Source: an uncultured Rhodopirellula sp.
GTDB taxonomy: Bacteria; Planctomycetota; Planctomycetia; Pirellulales; Pirellulaceae
NCBI GenBank assembly: GCA_964007735.1
Contig: CAXGAI010000002.1
Coordinates: 124,001 to 152,152, forward strand
DNA length: 28,152 bases
Direction of reading: 5' to 3'
Both the position numbers and the translations under genes were made by a program. The notes under the pieces are model-generated. The model worked only from the letters and a program-made list of their open reading frames with translations. It did not search any database and was not told where the DNA came from. Below are positions 10,181 through 19,722 of this stretch, in pieces; within the stretch, counting starts at the first letter, position 1; each line of letters begins with the position of its first letter.

Positions 10181-10993
10181 ATGTACTACTTCGATCCTCA
10201 CATCCATATGGTTTCCCGAACGACGGATGACTATGAAACCTTGGCGAAGATGGGGTGTGTCGGCATGAGCGAACCAGCGTTTTGGGCCGGGTTTGACCGG
10301 GGAAGTGTCGATAGTTTTCGGGATTACTTCCGTCAACTAACTGACTTCGAACCTAAACGTGCTGCCCAGTACGGTATCCAACATTACACGTGGCTGTGCA
10401 TCAATGCCAAGGAAGCCGAAAATGTCGAGCTTTCACGCGAAGTAATCAAAATGATCCCGGAATTCCTGGATAAGCCGAACGTACTTGGCATCGGAGAAAT
10501 CGGACTCAATAAAAACACCAAGAACGAATCGACCATTTTTCTTGAGCACATGGAATTGGCGATTGAATATAACCAACAAATCCTGATCCACACGCCTCAT
10601 CTGGCAGACAAATACCAGGGAACCCGCATGATTCTGGACATGCTCACTGCGGACTCCCGAGTTGATCCTTCCCGCGTGCTGGTCGATCATGTTGAAGAAC
10701 ACACCGCAAAAGAAGTGCTGGAACGCGGATTCTGGGCGGGAATGACTCTCTACCCTGTCACAAAGTGTACTCCTCAACGAGCCGCTGACATTATCGAATT
10801 GTGTGGCGCGGAACGCCTATTGGTTAATTCAGCCGGTGACTGGGGGCCAAGTAAGCCGACAGCGGTTCCAGACTTAATTCTGGAAATGCGACGCCGCGGT
10901 CATAGCGAAGCACTGATTCGTCAGGTTGTTTATGACAACCCTATCGCGTTCTTTAGTCAGAGTCAGAACTTCACGTTCACTCACCCCGAGTAA
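10181..10993 (+). CDS. TatD-family amidohydrolase (EboB-like)
   Basis: DPHIH, GIGEIG, IHTPH, VDH, NSAGDWG; the [11 protein letters not shown] / EPAFW segment is typical of the ebo-associated TatD subfamily (recalled, not searched). Confidence 0.88.
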   Translation: MYYFDPHIHMVSRTTDDYETLAKMGCVGMSEPAFWAGFDRGSVDSFRDYFRQLTDFEPKRAAQYGIQHYTWLCINAKEAENVELSREVIKMIPEFLDKPNVLGIGEIGLNKNTKNESTIFLEHMELAIEYNQQILIHTPHLADKYQGTRMILDMLTADSRVDPSRVLVDHVEEHTAKEVLERGFWAGMTLYPVTKCTPQRAADIIELCGAERLLVNSAGDWGPSKPTAVPDLILEMRRRGHSEALIRQVVYDNPIAFFSQSQNFTFTHPE

Positions 10994-11065
10994 ACCATTA
11001 GGGAAGATATCGTACTTCCCGAAAGTTTGAGTACTCACGCTCTCCCTGAATGGTCTCTATAATCA

Positions 11066-12097
11066 ATGCCTATGGCTTTGATTGAACTACACAACCTGCA
11101 AAAGACCTACCGTGTCTATCAGAAGAAGGAGGGTTTGCGCGCGTCAATCAAAGGTCTCTTTAAACGTACACACAAAGACGTCCAGGCCGTCAAGGGAATT
11201 AATCTTCAAGTGGAACAGGGCGAGTTCGTCGCTTTTCTGGGGCCTAATGGTGCCGGCAAAACGACCACTCTAAAACTGCTTTCAGGCGTGATTCATCCTA
11301 CCTCAGGTACGGCCAGTGTAATGGGCTACACTCCCTGGGAACGCGAGAACGACTATCGCCGACGGTTCGCGCTCGTGATGGGACAGAAAAACCAACTCTG
11401 GTGGGATCTACCCGCTCAGGAATCTTTCCGACTCCACCAGCAAATCTATGGAATCGATACGAAGCAATTCCAGAATACACTCGATGAATTGTCGGACCTA
11501 CTTGGATTACGTGAATTACTAAGCCAGCCGGTGCGAGAATTATCGCTGGGTGAACGAATGAAGATGGAACTCACCGCTGCCCTGCTCCACAGTCCCGAAG
11601 TTCTGTTTCTGGATGAACCCACCATCGGTCTCGATGTGGTCGCACAACACAACATCCAGCAATTCCTGAAGTACTACCAGGAAAAACGAAAGATCACGAT
11701 TCTGTTAACCAGCCACTACATGAAAGACGTGGCGGCATTATGTAAACGGGTCGTGATCATTGCTGACGGTCGCATTCAGTACGACGGATCGCTTTCCGGC
11801 ATCATTGACGAAACAACCAATCGCAAGCTGGTAACGCTCCAATTTGCCAATCCCATCACCGATGCGTTGCTGGAATCACTCAAACATTTTGGGGATCTTG
11901 TAAAACACGAAGCACCACGCGTCACTCTCGAAGTTACACGTGATGATGTACCTGCCATGCTGACGGCTATTCTTGATGCCCATGACATTGACGATCTCAT
12001 CGTTGAAGAACCTCCACTCGAAGACGTCATTGCCGACGTCTTTGCCCGGGTTTCTAAAGCCTCTGAAGAAGAACCATTTCCGGACGAGGTTTCGTAA
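11066..12097 (+). CDS. ABC exporter ATP-binding subunit (start is 11066 or 11072)
   Basis: Walker A GPNGAGKTT, signature LSLGERMK, Walker B FLDEPT, H-loop TSH; MGQKNQLWWDLP segment. Confidence 0.95.
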   Translation: MPMALIELHNLQKTYRVYQKKEGLRASIKGLFKRTHKDVQAVKGINLQVEQGEFVAFLGPNGAGKTTTLKLLSGVIHPTSGTASVMGYTPWERENDYRRRFALVMGQKNQLWWDLPAQESFRLHQQIYGIDTKQFQNTLDELSDLLGLRELLSQPVRELSLGERMKMELTAALLHSPEVLFLDEPTIGLDVVAQHNIQQFLKYYQEKRKITILLTSHYMKDVAALCKRVVIIADGRIQYDGSLSGIIDETTNRKLVTLQFANPITDALLESLKHFGDLVKHEAPRVTLEVTRDDVPAMLTAILDAHDIDDLIVEEPPLEDVIADVFARVSKASEEEPFPDEVS

Positions 12098-12945
12098 TGG
12101 CAACCGTCACCTCTCATCAGCCTTATCATGGTTCTCGCTTTAAAACCTGGTGGACCATTCTAAAGATTTCACTAGAGGAACGATTCGTCTACCGAGGCGA
12201 CTTTGCTTTGGGGACGCTGATGAGATTTCTTCCGATCATCACTCAGGTATTTCTTTGGTATGCCATTTTTGCTGCATCTGGCAAAAGCCAGATCGAGGCC
12301 TATACGAAAAAGGGCGTCGTTGCCTACTTCATGCTCACAATGATCAGCCGGGCATTCTCAAGTATGCCGGGACTCTGTAGTGGAATTGCATTGCAGGTGC
12401 GTGACGGGGAAATCAAAAAATATCTCATCCAACCAATCGACCTCATCGGTTTCCTATTGCTTACCCGAGTCGCACACAAACTCTGCTACTATGTAATTGC
12501 ACTCATACCGTTTGCGTTTGTCTTTTTCTTCTGTCGCGGATTTTTCGAGAGCGGTTGGCCGGAAGCGTCGATCCTATGTGCTTATTTTCTTTCTCTGGTG
12601 ATGGGATTTCTACTTGGTTTCTTCATTGAAGCCAGTCTGGGACTCGTCTCCTTCTGGTTCTTAGAAGTCACATCGCTAGTCTTCGTCTACAATCTGCTGA
12701 ACTTCTTCCTGTCCGGCCACATGTTTCCACTCGACCTGTTACCGGACTGGGCATCACAATTCGTAAATTTGCTGCCTTTTCAATACCTCGCTTATTATCC
12801 TGCTGCGATTTTTCTTGGGACCATCCCTCCGGATCAGGTTTGGATGGGACTGGCGGTGGAAGCTTGTTGGTTAACCGTCTTTATCATCATCGCACGTGTT
12901 ATGCTGAACCGTGGCATCCATCGCTACAGTGGATTCGGAGGCTAA
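12097..12945 (+). CDS. ABC-2 family permease (ABC2_membrane_6/DUF990-like)
   Basis: About 6 hydrophobic segments; VRDGEIKKYLIQP, SGHMFPLDLLP, LPFQY, C-terminal YSGFGG; TAATG overlap with the ATPase. Confidence 0.9.
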   Translation: MATVTSHQPYHGSRFKTWWTILKISLEERFVYRGDFALGTLMRFLPIITQVFLWYAIFAASGKSQIEAYTKKGVVAYFMLTMISRAFSSMPGLCSGIALQVRDGEIKKYLIQPIDLIGFLLLTRVAHKLCYYVIALIPFAFVFFFCRGFFESGWPEASILCAYFLSLVMGFLLGFFIEASLGLVSFWFLEVTSLVFVYNLLNFFLSGHMFPLDLLPDWASQFVNLLPFQYLAYYPAAIFLGTIPPDQVWMGLAVEACWLTVFIIIARVMLNRGIHRYSGFGG

Positions 12946-12947
12946 CC

Positions 12948-13805
12948 GTGTCTGGCTATCGACCGTCCTATCTGAATGTCTTCCTGACATTTGCACGCAA
13001 TAGCCTCGTTAGAGACATGTCGTTTCGGACTAACTTCATTCTGCAATGCATCTCCACAATTTCCTGGACCGTCATGAATATTGGTTTCTACCTGATTGTT
13101 TTCCAATACACCGATTCAATCGGTAAAGGGACGGGATGGGGAAGAGACGAATTTTTTGTATTTTTGGCAACGACCTGGATTATCAACAGTCTGGTACAAA
13201 CTTTTTTCATGCCAAACGCTCAGCAGTTTAGTGAACTGATTCGTTCGGGAAATCTGGACTTTGCCCTGCTCAAACCTATCGATACCCAATTTGTCATCTC
13301 ATTTCCCCGCGTCGACTGGGCCGCTTTATCAAACTTGTTTATGGGAATCATCCTGCTCTCCTACAGCCTTTACCAACTGACCACGAGAATCGAATCGCCG
13401 TTAGTTCTGGATTGGCGAGCCATCCTGATGTACCCGTTCTATATCGCCTGTGGAACCATCATCATGTACAGCGTGATGATCACACTTGCATCGACCAGCG
13501 TCTGGCTCGGGAGAAACCAAACGCTATACAACTTCTGGTTTTACATCACCAACTTCTCACGTTACCCGATGGAAATCTATCAAGTTGGCTGGGGTATCGC
13601 ACTCTGGGCGTTCTTTACATTTCTGATCCCGGTCTTGCTGGTGGTCAACATCCCGGCTCGTATCATGGCTAGACCATTGAACACCATGACTTCACAAATG
13701 TGGCAATTAGCTAGCTTTGCGGTGCTGGCAACCTTACTATGCTTTCTCTTTAGCCGACGTGTCTTTGTGCGGGCATTAAAAAGTTACAGGAGTGCCAGTT
13801 CATGA
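12948..13805 (+). CDS. Second ABC-2 family permease (start revised from 12840 to GTG 12948)
   Basis: GGAGG SD at 12937-12941, then GTG in frame; IRSGNLDFALLKP, SRYPMEIY, C-terminal YRSASS; multiple TM segments. Confidence 0.9.
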   Translation: MSGYRPSYLNVFLTFARNSLVRDMSFRTNFILQCISTISWTVMNIGFYLIVFQYTDSIGKGTGWGRDEFFVFLATTWIINSLVQTFFMPNAQQFSELIRSGNLDFALLKPIDTQFVISFPRVDWAALSNLFMGIILLSYSLYQLTTRIESPLVLDWRAILMYPFYIACGTIIMYSVMITLASTSVWLGRNQTLYNFWFYITNFSRYPMEIYQVGWGIALWAFFTFLIPVLLVVNIPARIMARPLNTMTSQMWQLASFAVLATLLCFLFSRRVFVRALKSYRSASS

Positions 13806-14797
13806 GTCATACTGAATCGACAGATTTGCCGTCCACCAATGGTACAAACGCCACAAAGAGCTCGAACAATAATTTGATGGCCTATATGAAACTTATGAGG
13901 ATCGGCAACGTCTTCACCGCTTTTGCCAACATCCTGATGGGATTTCTCGTGGTGCAGGCAGATACCGGTGTTATCGGACTCACCACAGACGACCTTGTTA
14001 TTCTCGTCGCCTTACTCGCTTCCACATTCGGTCTATATAGTGCCGGCATGGTTCTCAATGACGTCTTCGATGTAGAAAGAGATAGGGCCGAACGGCAAAA
14101 CCGACCAATACCAGAGGGACAGATTTCACTAGCAGCCGCTCAGAAATTAGGTTGGAGCCTACTCATCTTTGGAATCCTCTGCAGTCTGGCCGCTGGGAAA
14201 AATGGCGTCATCATTGCTTTTGCTGTAGCCATAAGTGTCGTTTTGTATGACTGGATTCTAAAACAGACTCCCATCGCGCCCATTGCGATGGGTGCCTGTC
14301 GGACATTCAATATCCTGCTTGGAATGAGTCTCGCTCAGTCTAACTCAGCTGTGTTGATGGGATTTTCTCAACACCATCTGATCATTGCTGGAAGTATCGG
14401 CATTTTCGTTGCCGGACTTACCTGGTTTGCCAGAACAGAAGCCAAGGTAAGCAGTCGTTGGCTACTTGCCTTCGGTGTGTTAATCATGTGTGCAGGTCTC
14501 TACGGTCTGGCAATGTTTCCCCGTTTTGTCCCGCATCCCGAGCACCTCCGTTTAGACAAGGATACGGCCGCCACACTCATCGGACTGCTTGGCATGCTCA
14601 CACTCTATCGTTGTGTGTTGGCCGTCGCTGATCCCGTACCCGCCAAAGTTCAGGCGGGTGTCGTTGGTTGCCTTAAATCGCTGATCTTTCTTGATGCATC
14701 CGTTGTACTGATTGTTAGCGATCGTACTCTTGCTATTGTTACACTGGCATTACTAATTCCAATGCTGATCATCGGAAAAAAGATTCGAGCTACATAA
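13802..14797 (+). CDS. UbiA-family prenyltransferase (EboC-like)
   Basis: Asp-rich motif NDVFDVERDRAERQNRPIPEG, YDWILK, MGACRTFNILLG; multiple TM helices; ATGA overlap with the upstream permease. Confidence 0.9.
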   Translation: MSHTESTDLPSTNGTNATKSSNNNLMAYMKLMRIGNVFTAFANILMGFLVVQADTGVIGLTTDDLVILVALLASTFGLYSAGMVLNDVFDVERDRAERQNRPIPEGQISLAAAQKLGWSLLIFGILCSLAAGKNGVIIAFAVAISVVLYDWILKQTPIAPIAMGACRTFNILLGMSLAQSNSAVLMGFSQHHLIIAGSIGIFVAGLTWFARTEAKVSSRWLLAFGVLIMCAGLYGLAMFPRFVPHPEHLRLDKDTAATLIGLLGMLTLYRCVLAVADPVPAKVQAGVVGCLKSLIFLDASVVLIVSDRTLAIVTLALLIPMLIIGKKIRAT

Positions 14798-14832
14798 TCA
14801 CCCACAAATTTCACTTATTAAATACTCAGACT

Positions 14833-16164
14833 ATGAAACACTTCATCTATTGCACCATTCCCGGTTTACGGCAACAGGACCTTACCCAAATGCCAAACCT
14901 TCAGGCATTAGTTTCTAACGGTTCACAGCAACGGTTAACTACCAGTTTTCCTGGTGTAACCTGGCCCGCTCAAGCCAGCATGCTAACCGGTAAACTCCCC
15001 TCTGAACACGGAGTGATTGCCAACGGCTTTTACTGGCGAGATGAAAAAGAAATTGAAATGTGGACAGCCTGGAATGATAAGATCGAAGCTCCACAGATCT
15101 GGGATTTACTCCATGAAATCTCTGCTGACATCAAATCACTGGCTTGGTTTCCAATGCTTAGTAAAGGAAGCGGAGCGGACTACATCTGCATGCCTAAACC
15201 GGTTCATAACCCTGATGGCTCAGAGTCTTTGTGGTGTTATACGCAACCACAGGAATACTACGGTGACTTACTCGAATCAATTGGGCACTTCCCCTTACAG
15301 CATTTCTGGGGACCATTGGCTAACATCAAATCGTCTCAGTGGATTCTTGAAAGTGCTGTAAAAGCGATTTCAGATTTTAAGCCTCATTTCTCATATATCT
15401 ATATTCCACATCTCGACTATGCGGCCCAAAAACTAGGACCAAATAGCTCGGCCGCACTACAGTCCGTGGCAGAACTTGACAAAGCGTTGGGGGAAATGAT
15501 CCAAGGTATAGATGAATCACTCGGGAACAATAATGTGGTTTGGATTGTCGCCAGTGAATATGTCATTAATGAGGTTGATCACGTAACTTATCCCAACCGC
15601 CTCTTACGAGAAGCCGGACTACTTAATGTTTCATTGCAAGAAGACGGCGAACACCTAGACCTCGATTCCCCGGCCTGGGCTCTGGTCGATCATCAGTTTA
15701 GTCACATCTTCATAAAAAATCGCTGTCAGGAAACGATCCAAAAGGTTCAGCATATGTTCGATGGGCAGAATGGAATCGAGGAAATACTCGTCGGTGAGGA
15801 ACGTTCAAAGTATGGCCTTAATCACGAACGAAGTGGGGATGTCATTTTGGTCTCCACTTCCAACAGTTGGCAGGCTTACTATTGGTGGCTCGACGATGCT
15901 AAGGCTCCAAGATTCGCTCGGACTGTCGACATTCATCGCAAACCAGGATATGACCCTGTCGAATTACACTTTGATATGGAAACCAAGAGTATCCCTCTGG
16001 ACGCAAGCCTTATCAAAGGGTCTCACGGAGCTCCTGTCACCGACGAGACTCAACAAGGCATCATCGTCTCCAACTCTTCATCAATCCTTGAAGGTCGTAA
16101 CTGGATGGACATTGAATTGTGCGAACACTTGGTAAACGCCGTTAGTAGTGCACACCATTCATGA
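14833..16164 (+). CDS. Alkaline phosphatase / nucleotide pyrophosphatase superfamily protein (EboF-like)
   Basis: FPGVTWPAQASMLTG (Thr nucleophile), HGVIANG, PHLDY, SEY, FARTVDIHRKPGYDP, KGSHG; no evident signal peptide. Confidence 0.88.
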   Translation: MKHFIYCTIPGLRQQDLTQMPNLQALVSNGSQQRLTTSFPGVTWPAQASMLTGKLPSEHGVIANGFYWRDEKEIEMWTAWNDKIEAPQIWDLLHEISADIKSLAWFPMLSKGSGADYICMPKPVHNPDGSESLWCYTQPQEYYGDLLESIGHFPLQHFWGPLANIKSSQWILESAVKAISDFKPHFSYIYIPHLDYAAQKLGPNSSAALQSVAELDKALGEMIQGIDESLGNNNVVWIVASEYVINEVDHVTYPNRLLREAGLLNVSLQEDGEHLDLDSPAWALVDHQFSHIFIKNRCQETIQKVQHMFDGQNGIEEILVGEERSKYGLNHERSGDVILVSTSNSWQAYYWWLDDAKAPRFARTVDIHRKPGYDPVELHFDMETKSIPLDASLIKGSHGAPVTDETQQGIIVSNSSSILEGRNWMDIELCEHLVNAVSSAHHS

Positions 16165-16250
16165 CATCGACAGGGTTTGCACTATGATGAAATGTCCTGA
16201 CCATTTACTACTTTTCAATTTACACTTGTTATAAAAATCACATAAGAAAC

Positions 16251-16754
16251 ATGTCTGACTTGCCTTCAATTCGAATTGGCCTTGGCCACGATACCCACCG
16301 GCTTGGCGAAGGTGGCCCGATGAAATTAGGAGGAATTACAATCGATTGTGGTTTTCACCTGATTGGACACAGCGATGCTGATGTGCTACTCCACGCCATC
16401 ACCGATGCTATTCTCGGGGCAGCATGTCTTGGTGATATTGGAACGCTATTCCCCAACACGGCCGATGATAACAAAAACCGATGTTCTCAGGAAATGCTCC
16501 GTTTGGCACACGCAAAAATACTTGAGTCTGGCTGGAAAATCATAAATCTAGATTGTGTGATTTTTGCAACTCAGCCTAAAATCAGTCCTTATAGAGATAC
16601 CATGATTCAATGCATCCAACAAACACTAGGGCTGAAAGAAGGCCAAGTCTTTGTGAAAGGCAAGACTGGTGAAAAAGTCGGTCCTGTCGGACGCTGCGAG
16701 GCAATCGTGGCGGAATGCGTAGCCTTACTGCACAAGGTTCCTATTAGTAACTAA
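16251..16754 (+). CDS. ispF: 2-C-methyl-D-erythritol 2,4-cyclodiphosphate synthase
   Basis: RIGLGHDTH, GHSDADVLLHAITDAILGA, GDIG..FP, VKGKTGE. Confidence 0.97.
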   Translation: MSDLPSIRIGLGHDTHRLGEGGPMKLGGITIDCGFHLIGHSDADVLLHAITDAILGAACLGDIGTLFPNTADDNKNRCSQEMLRLAHAKILESGWKIINLDCVIFATQPKISPYRDTMIQCIQQTLGLKEGQVFVKGKTGEKVGPVGRCEAIVAECVALLHKVPISN

Positions 16755-16819
16755 CACTCGGCCCCGGTCTAGCTAACACGCCGGGCCGCTGACCCTTAAT
16801 CAACGTTCTACAATTATTA

Positions 16820-18355
16820 ATGATTCGCGTATACAACACCCTGTCAAAACAGAAAGAAGATTTTCAACCTCTGGAAGAAGGGAAGGTCGGGATCTATCTT
16901 TGTGGCCCCACCGTTTATGACAAAAGTCACATCGGGCATATGGTTGGTCCTATTATCTTTGACACCATTAAACGCTACCTAACCTATAGCGGGTACGAAG
17001 TCACCTTGGTCGTGAATATTACTGACGTGGATGACAAACTGATCATGAAGTCTCGGGAACGCGGGATTCCAATGGATGCCATTGCCGAGGAAATGACTGA
17101 CGATTACCTCAGCAATCTGGCATCACTCGGTGTTGATCAGATTGATCACATGCCCAAGGCAACCGAAAGCATGGGAGAAATCATCCAATTTACACAAGAC
17201 CTGATCGACAAAGGATTCGCATACGCGGTCGACGGCGATGTCTTCTTTGATGTCAATGCCGATCAGGATTATGGCAAACTCAGCAATCGCACTGCGGCCG
17301 CTGCGCAGGGTGAAGGAGGTGAAGCAGCATCTCGCAAGAAGTCTGCCAGTGACTTTGCCTTATGGAAGTCCGCTAAAGATGATGAACCGAGCTGGGATAG
17401 CCCCTGGGGCAAAGGACGACCCGGTTGGCATATCGAATGTTCAGCAATGAGTCGTCGTATCCTTGGTGAATCGTTTGAGATCCACGGCGGCGGACTTGAC
17501 CTTGTCTTTCCACACCACGAAAACGAACTCGCTCAAAGTGAATGCTGTCATGGGAAACCTTTAGTGAAGTACTGGATGCACAATGGGCTCATGCGCGCTG
17601 GTGGTGCCTCCGGAAAAGTCGGCGGACGAAGCGATCGGCAAGACGACGACAGTGAAACACAGGCCACCGTGGAAACAAAGATCAGTCGTAGTAAAGGAGC
17701 TGGGGGACTGGCTGACCTGATCGAAACCCATGGAGGCGAACGTATCCGCTTCTTTCTACTGCGTACGCATTACCGAAGTACCATTGTCTTCAGCGAAGAA
17801 GGCTTACAAGAGGCCGGAACCGCGTTAGAGTCTTTCTATCGACTATTTGAACGTTACAAACGCCTTACAGGGAATTGCTTCTACGACCTGACTCCAGCTC
17901 CGCTACGAGAAGACCACAGCGAAAGCAACAACGATAGCGAATTCGTGCAGCAGATAAACGCCCATCGTCAAAGTTATCTAAACCACATGGATGACGACTT
18001 TAACACCGGTGGAGCGACCAGTGACCTGTTTGATCTCGTGCGAACCATCAACCGATTTGCTGACCAAAACGATCTCGAACAGTCTTGTTCTGACGAGCAA
18101 CAGGTTGCCCTCACTGCGGCTGTAAAAACATTACGTAACCTCAGTGCGATTCTGGGAATCTTTTCCGCGCCTTCTATGGATAGTGCGGGAAGTGATGAAT
18201 TGACCGGTCAGCTTATGGAACTAATGATTGCATTACGCGCGGAAGCGCGTGCCAACAAAAATTTCGAAATTGCCGACCGTATCCGAGATGGTCTGTCTGA
18301 ACTCGGGATCACCATCGAAGATCGTAAAGATGGTACAGGATGGCGTGTGGGTTAA
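16820..18355 (+). CDS. cysS: Cysteine--tRNA ligase
   Basis: [71 protein letters not shown] loop is the variant KISRS. Confidence 0.98.
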   Translation: MIRVYNTLSKQKEDFQPLEEGKVGIYLCGPTVYDKSHIGHMVGPIIFDTIKRYLTYSGYEVTLVVNITDVDDKLIMKSRERGIPMDAIAEEMTDDYLSNLASLGVDQIDHMPKATESMGEIIQFTQDLIDKGFAYAVDGDVFFDVNADQDYGKLSNRTAAAAQGEGGEAASRKKSASDFALWKSAKDDEPSWDSPWGKGRPGWHIECSAMSRRILGESFEIHGGGLDLVFPHHENELAQSECCHGKPLVKYWMHNGLMRAGGASGKVGGRSDRQDDDSETQATVETKISRSKGAGGLADLIETHGGERIRFFLLRTHYRSTIVFSEEGLQEAGTALESFYRLFERYKRLTGNCFYDLTPAPLREDHSESNNDSEFVQQINAHRQSYLNHMDDDFNTGGATSDLFDLVRTINRFADQNDLEQSCSDEQQVALTAAVKTLRNLSAILGIFSAPSMDSAGSDELTGQLMELMIALRAEARANKNFEIADRIRDGLSELGITIEDRKDGTGWRVG

Positions 18356-18364
18356 AGTCACACG

Positions 18365-18982
18365 TTAGCGTGAACTGTGATAAACCGCATTGATCAAAGA
18401 CTCCACGTCTTTAAACTTCTCACCAGTAGCAATAGCTCGTTCGACCAAATGGCGGGCATCTGATTCAGTATGTCCTAAATTGCGTAAGATCGCATGCGTC
18501 TGTTCAACAATGTCGGGTTCAATTTCAGCCGCTGCAGCAGTGTCGCGAGTAACCAACAGAGCAAACTTGGCCATCTTACGTCGCAAACGAGCAATGATCC
18601 GTTCTGACATTGCCGGGCCAACTCCCGGTAGAACGGTGAGTCCTTTGACATCCTGGTCTTCGATCACCTGAGCAATTTCTCTCACTGGCCTCACCATGGC
18701 CCGCAACGCTTTTTTAACTCCGACGCCATCTACACTACAAAACAATTCAAAAAATTCCAATTCCGTCTTATTTAGAAAACCGACCATCCTTGGAGTCATT
18801 TTCCCTTGAGGATTTCCATCCATATAAAAAACGGTATGCAGCCCGACATCTTCCCCTGACATCGATTGCAGGTTTCGTCTGACAAAGTCCGGCACCAGCA
18901 CTTCAAACTGAAAGGCACCAACTTCGATAATCACAGATTCCTCATAAACTTCGAGGAGTCTGCCTGTTACAAATTTAATCAT
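18365..18982 (-). CDS. ruvA: Holliday junction branch migration protein RuvA
   Basis: [10 protein letters not shown]-terminal OB fold, HhH motifs VDGVGVKKA and [13 protein letters not shown]-terminal LRNLGH domain. Confidence 0.94.
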   Translation of the reverse strand: MIKFVTGRLLEVYEESVIIEVGAFQFEVLVPDFVRRNLQSMSGEDVGLHTVFYMDGNPQGKMTPRMVGFLNKTELEFFELFCSVDGVGVKKALRAMVRPVREIAQVIEDQDVKGLTVLPGVGPAMSERIIARLRRKMAKFALLVTRDTAAAAEIEPDIVEQTHAILRNLGHTESDARHLVERAIATGEKFKDVESLINAVYHSSR

Positions 18983-19019
18983 GAAATAATTTGCTCTCTA
19001 AGAGCACCTTGCAAATATG

Positions 19020-19523
19020 TTAATAATCTTTGTCTAAGTAGGCATGGCAAAGGGCAATTGCCAGCGCGTCTGCAACGTCATTTGGTTCAGGCGGCTCTGA
19101 CAAATTAAACTCACGACAGATTGCGGCCTGCATCTGTTCCTTTGAGGCGCGACCGTTTCCGGTGAGGACTTTCTTAATTTTGGTGGAAGCATAGTGGTAG
19201 AGCGGTATATCACTTTGCGAGGCCGCCAAACAAATTACACCACGAGCATGTCCCATGATGATCGAAGTCATCGGATGAGCGTAATGCGAGTAAATCTTTT
19301 CAATCGCCATCTGGTCAGGGTTAACAGAATCAATGAGTTCTTTGATACCGTCGTAGATACTCTTTACCTTTCCCGGAAGCTCTGCTTTTCCACCGCGAAT
19401 AACACCCGCTTCAACAATAACCAACTTGTTAGCTCGCTGATCCAAAACGCCATACCCCGTGATATTGACGCCTGGGTCAATTCCAAGAATACGGCGGGAT
19501 TGAATAAGTGCTTCGTCGACCAT
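19020..19523 (-). CDS. ruvC: Crossover junction endodeoxyribonuclease RuvC (ATG 19523 preferred over TTG 19547)
   Basis: ILGIDPG, AIEK, GHARGV, GNGRASKEQ, DVADALAIA; acidic catalytic residues present. Confidence 0.96.
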   Translation of the reverse strand: MVDEALIQSRRILGIDPGVNITGYGVLDQRANKLVIVEAGVIRGGKAELPGKVKSIYDGIKELIDSVNPDQMAIEKIYSHYAHPMTSIIMGHARGVICLAASQSDIPLYHYASTKIKKVLTGNGRASKEQMQAAICREFNLSEPPEPNDVADALAIALCHAYLDKDY

Positions 19524-19653
19524 GAGACCATCAGGCCTAAAGGCCAATACTAAGGACTAACTACGGATTCCAATAATTCGGTCTTGAAGAGGATACGGTA
19601 TGCAAGCGTCTCTGGAGAATAGCGATCTCACAATTGCTGGTAAAATCGTTATG

Positions 19654-19681
19654 TTTGCGAACCGTTCATTTTTGCTATACT
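19654..19681 (+). promoter_or_regulatory. Putative ruvB promoter (TTTGCG ... TGcTATACT)
   Basis: Extended -10 at 19673-19681, 41 nt upstream of the ATG; AAGGA SD before the ATG. Confidence 0.45.
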
Positions 19682-19722
19682 TGCCTGACACGAAGTTTTG
19701 ACTAACAAGGATATCCTAGTTC

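Noticed and set aside
10181..12097. TatD plus ATPase as an anti-phage system (Qat-like)
   Set aside because: The ATPase is an ordinary ABC transporter subunit with two cognate permeases, and the TatD resembles the ebo-associated type.
12840..12947. ORF-track N-terminal extension of the second permease
   Set aside because: It overlaps the upstream permease by over 100 nt; GTG 12948 has a GGAGG SD.
16759..16788. GC-rich stem between ispF and cysS as a terminator or T-box
   Set aside because: No U-tract, and the 65-nt gap is far too short for a T-box; at most a stability hairpin.
19020..19523. RuvC as a TnpB/Cas or transposon nuclease
   Set aside because: Short stand-alone resolvase beside ruvA and ruvB, with no IS ends or zinc finger.
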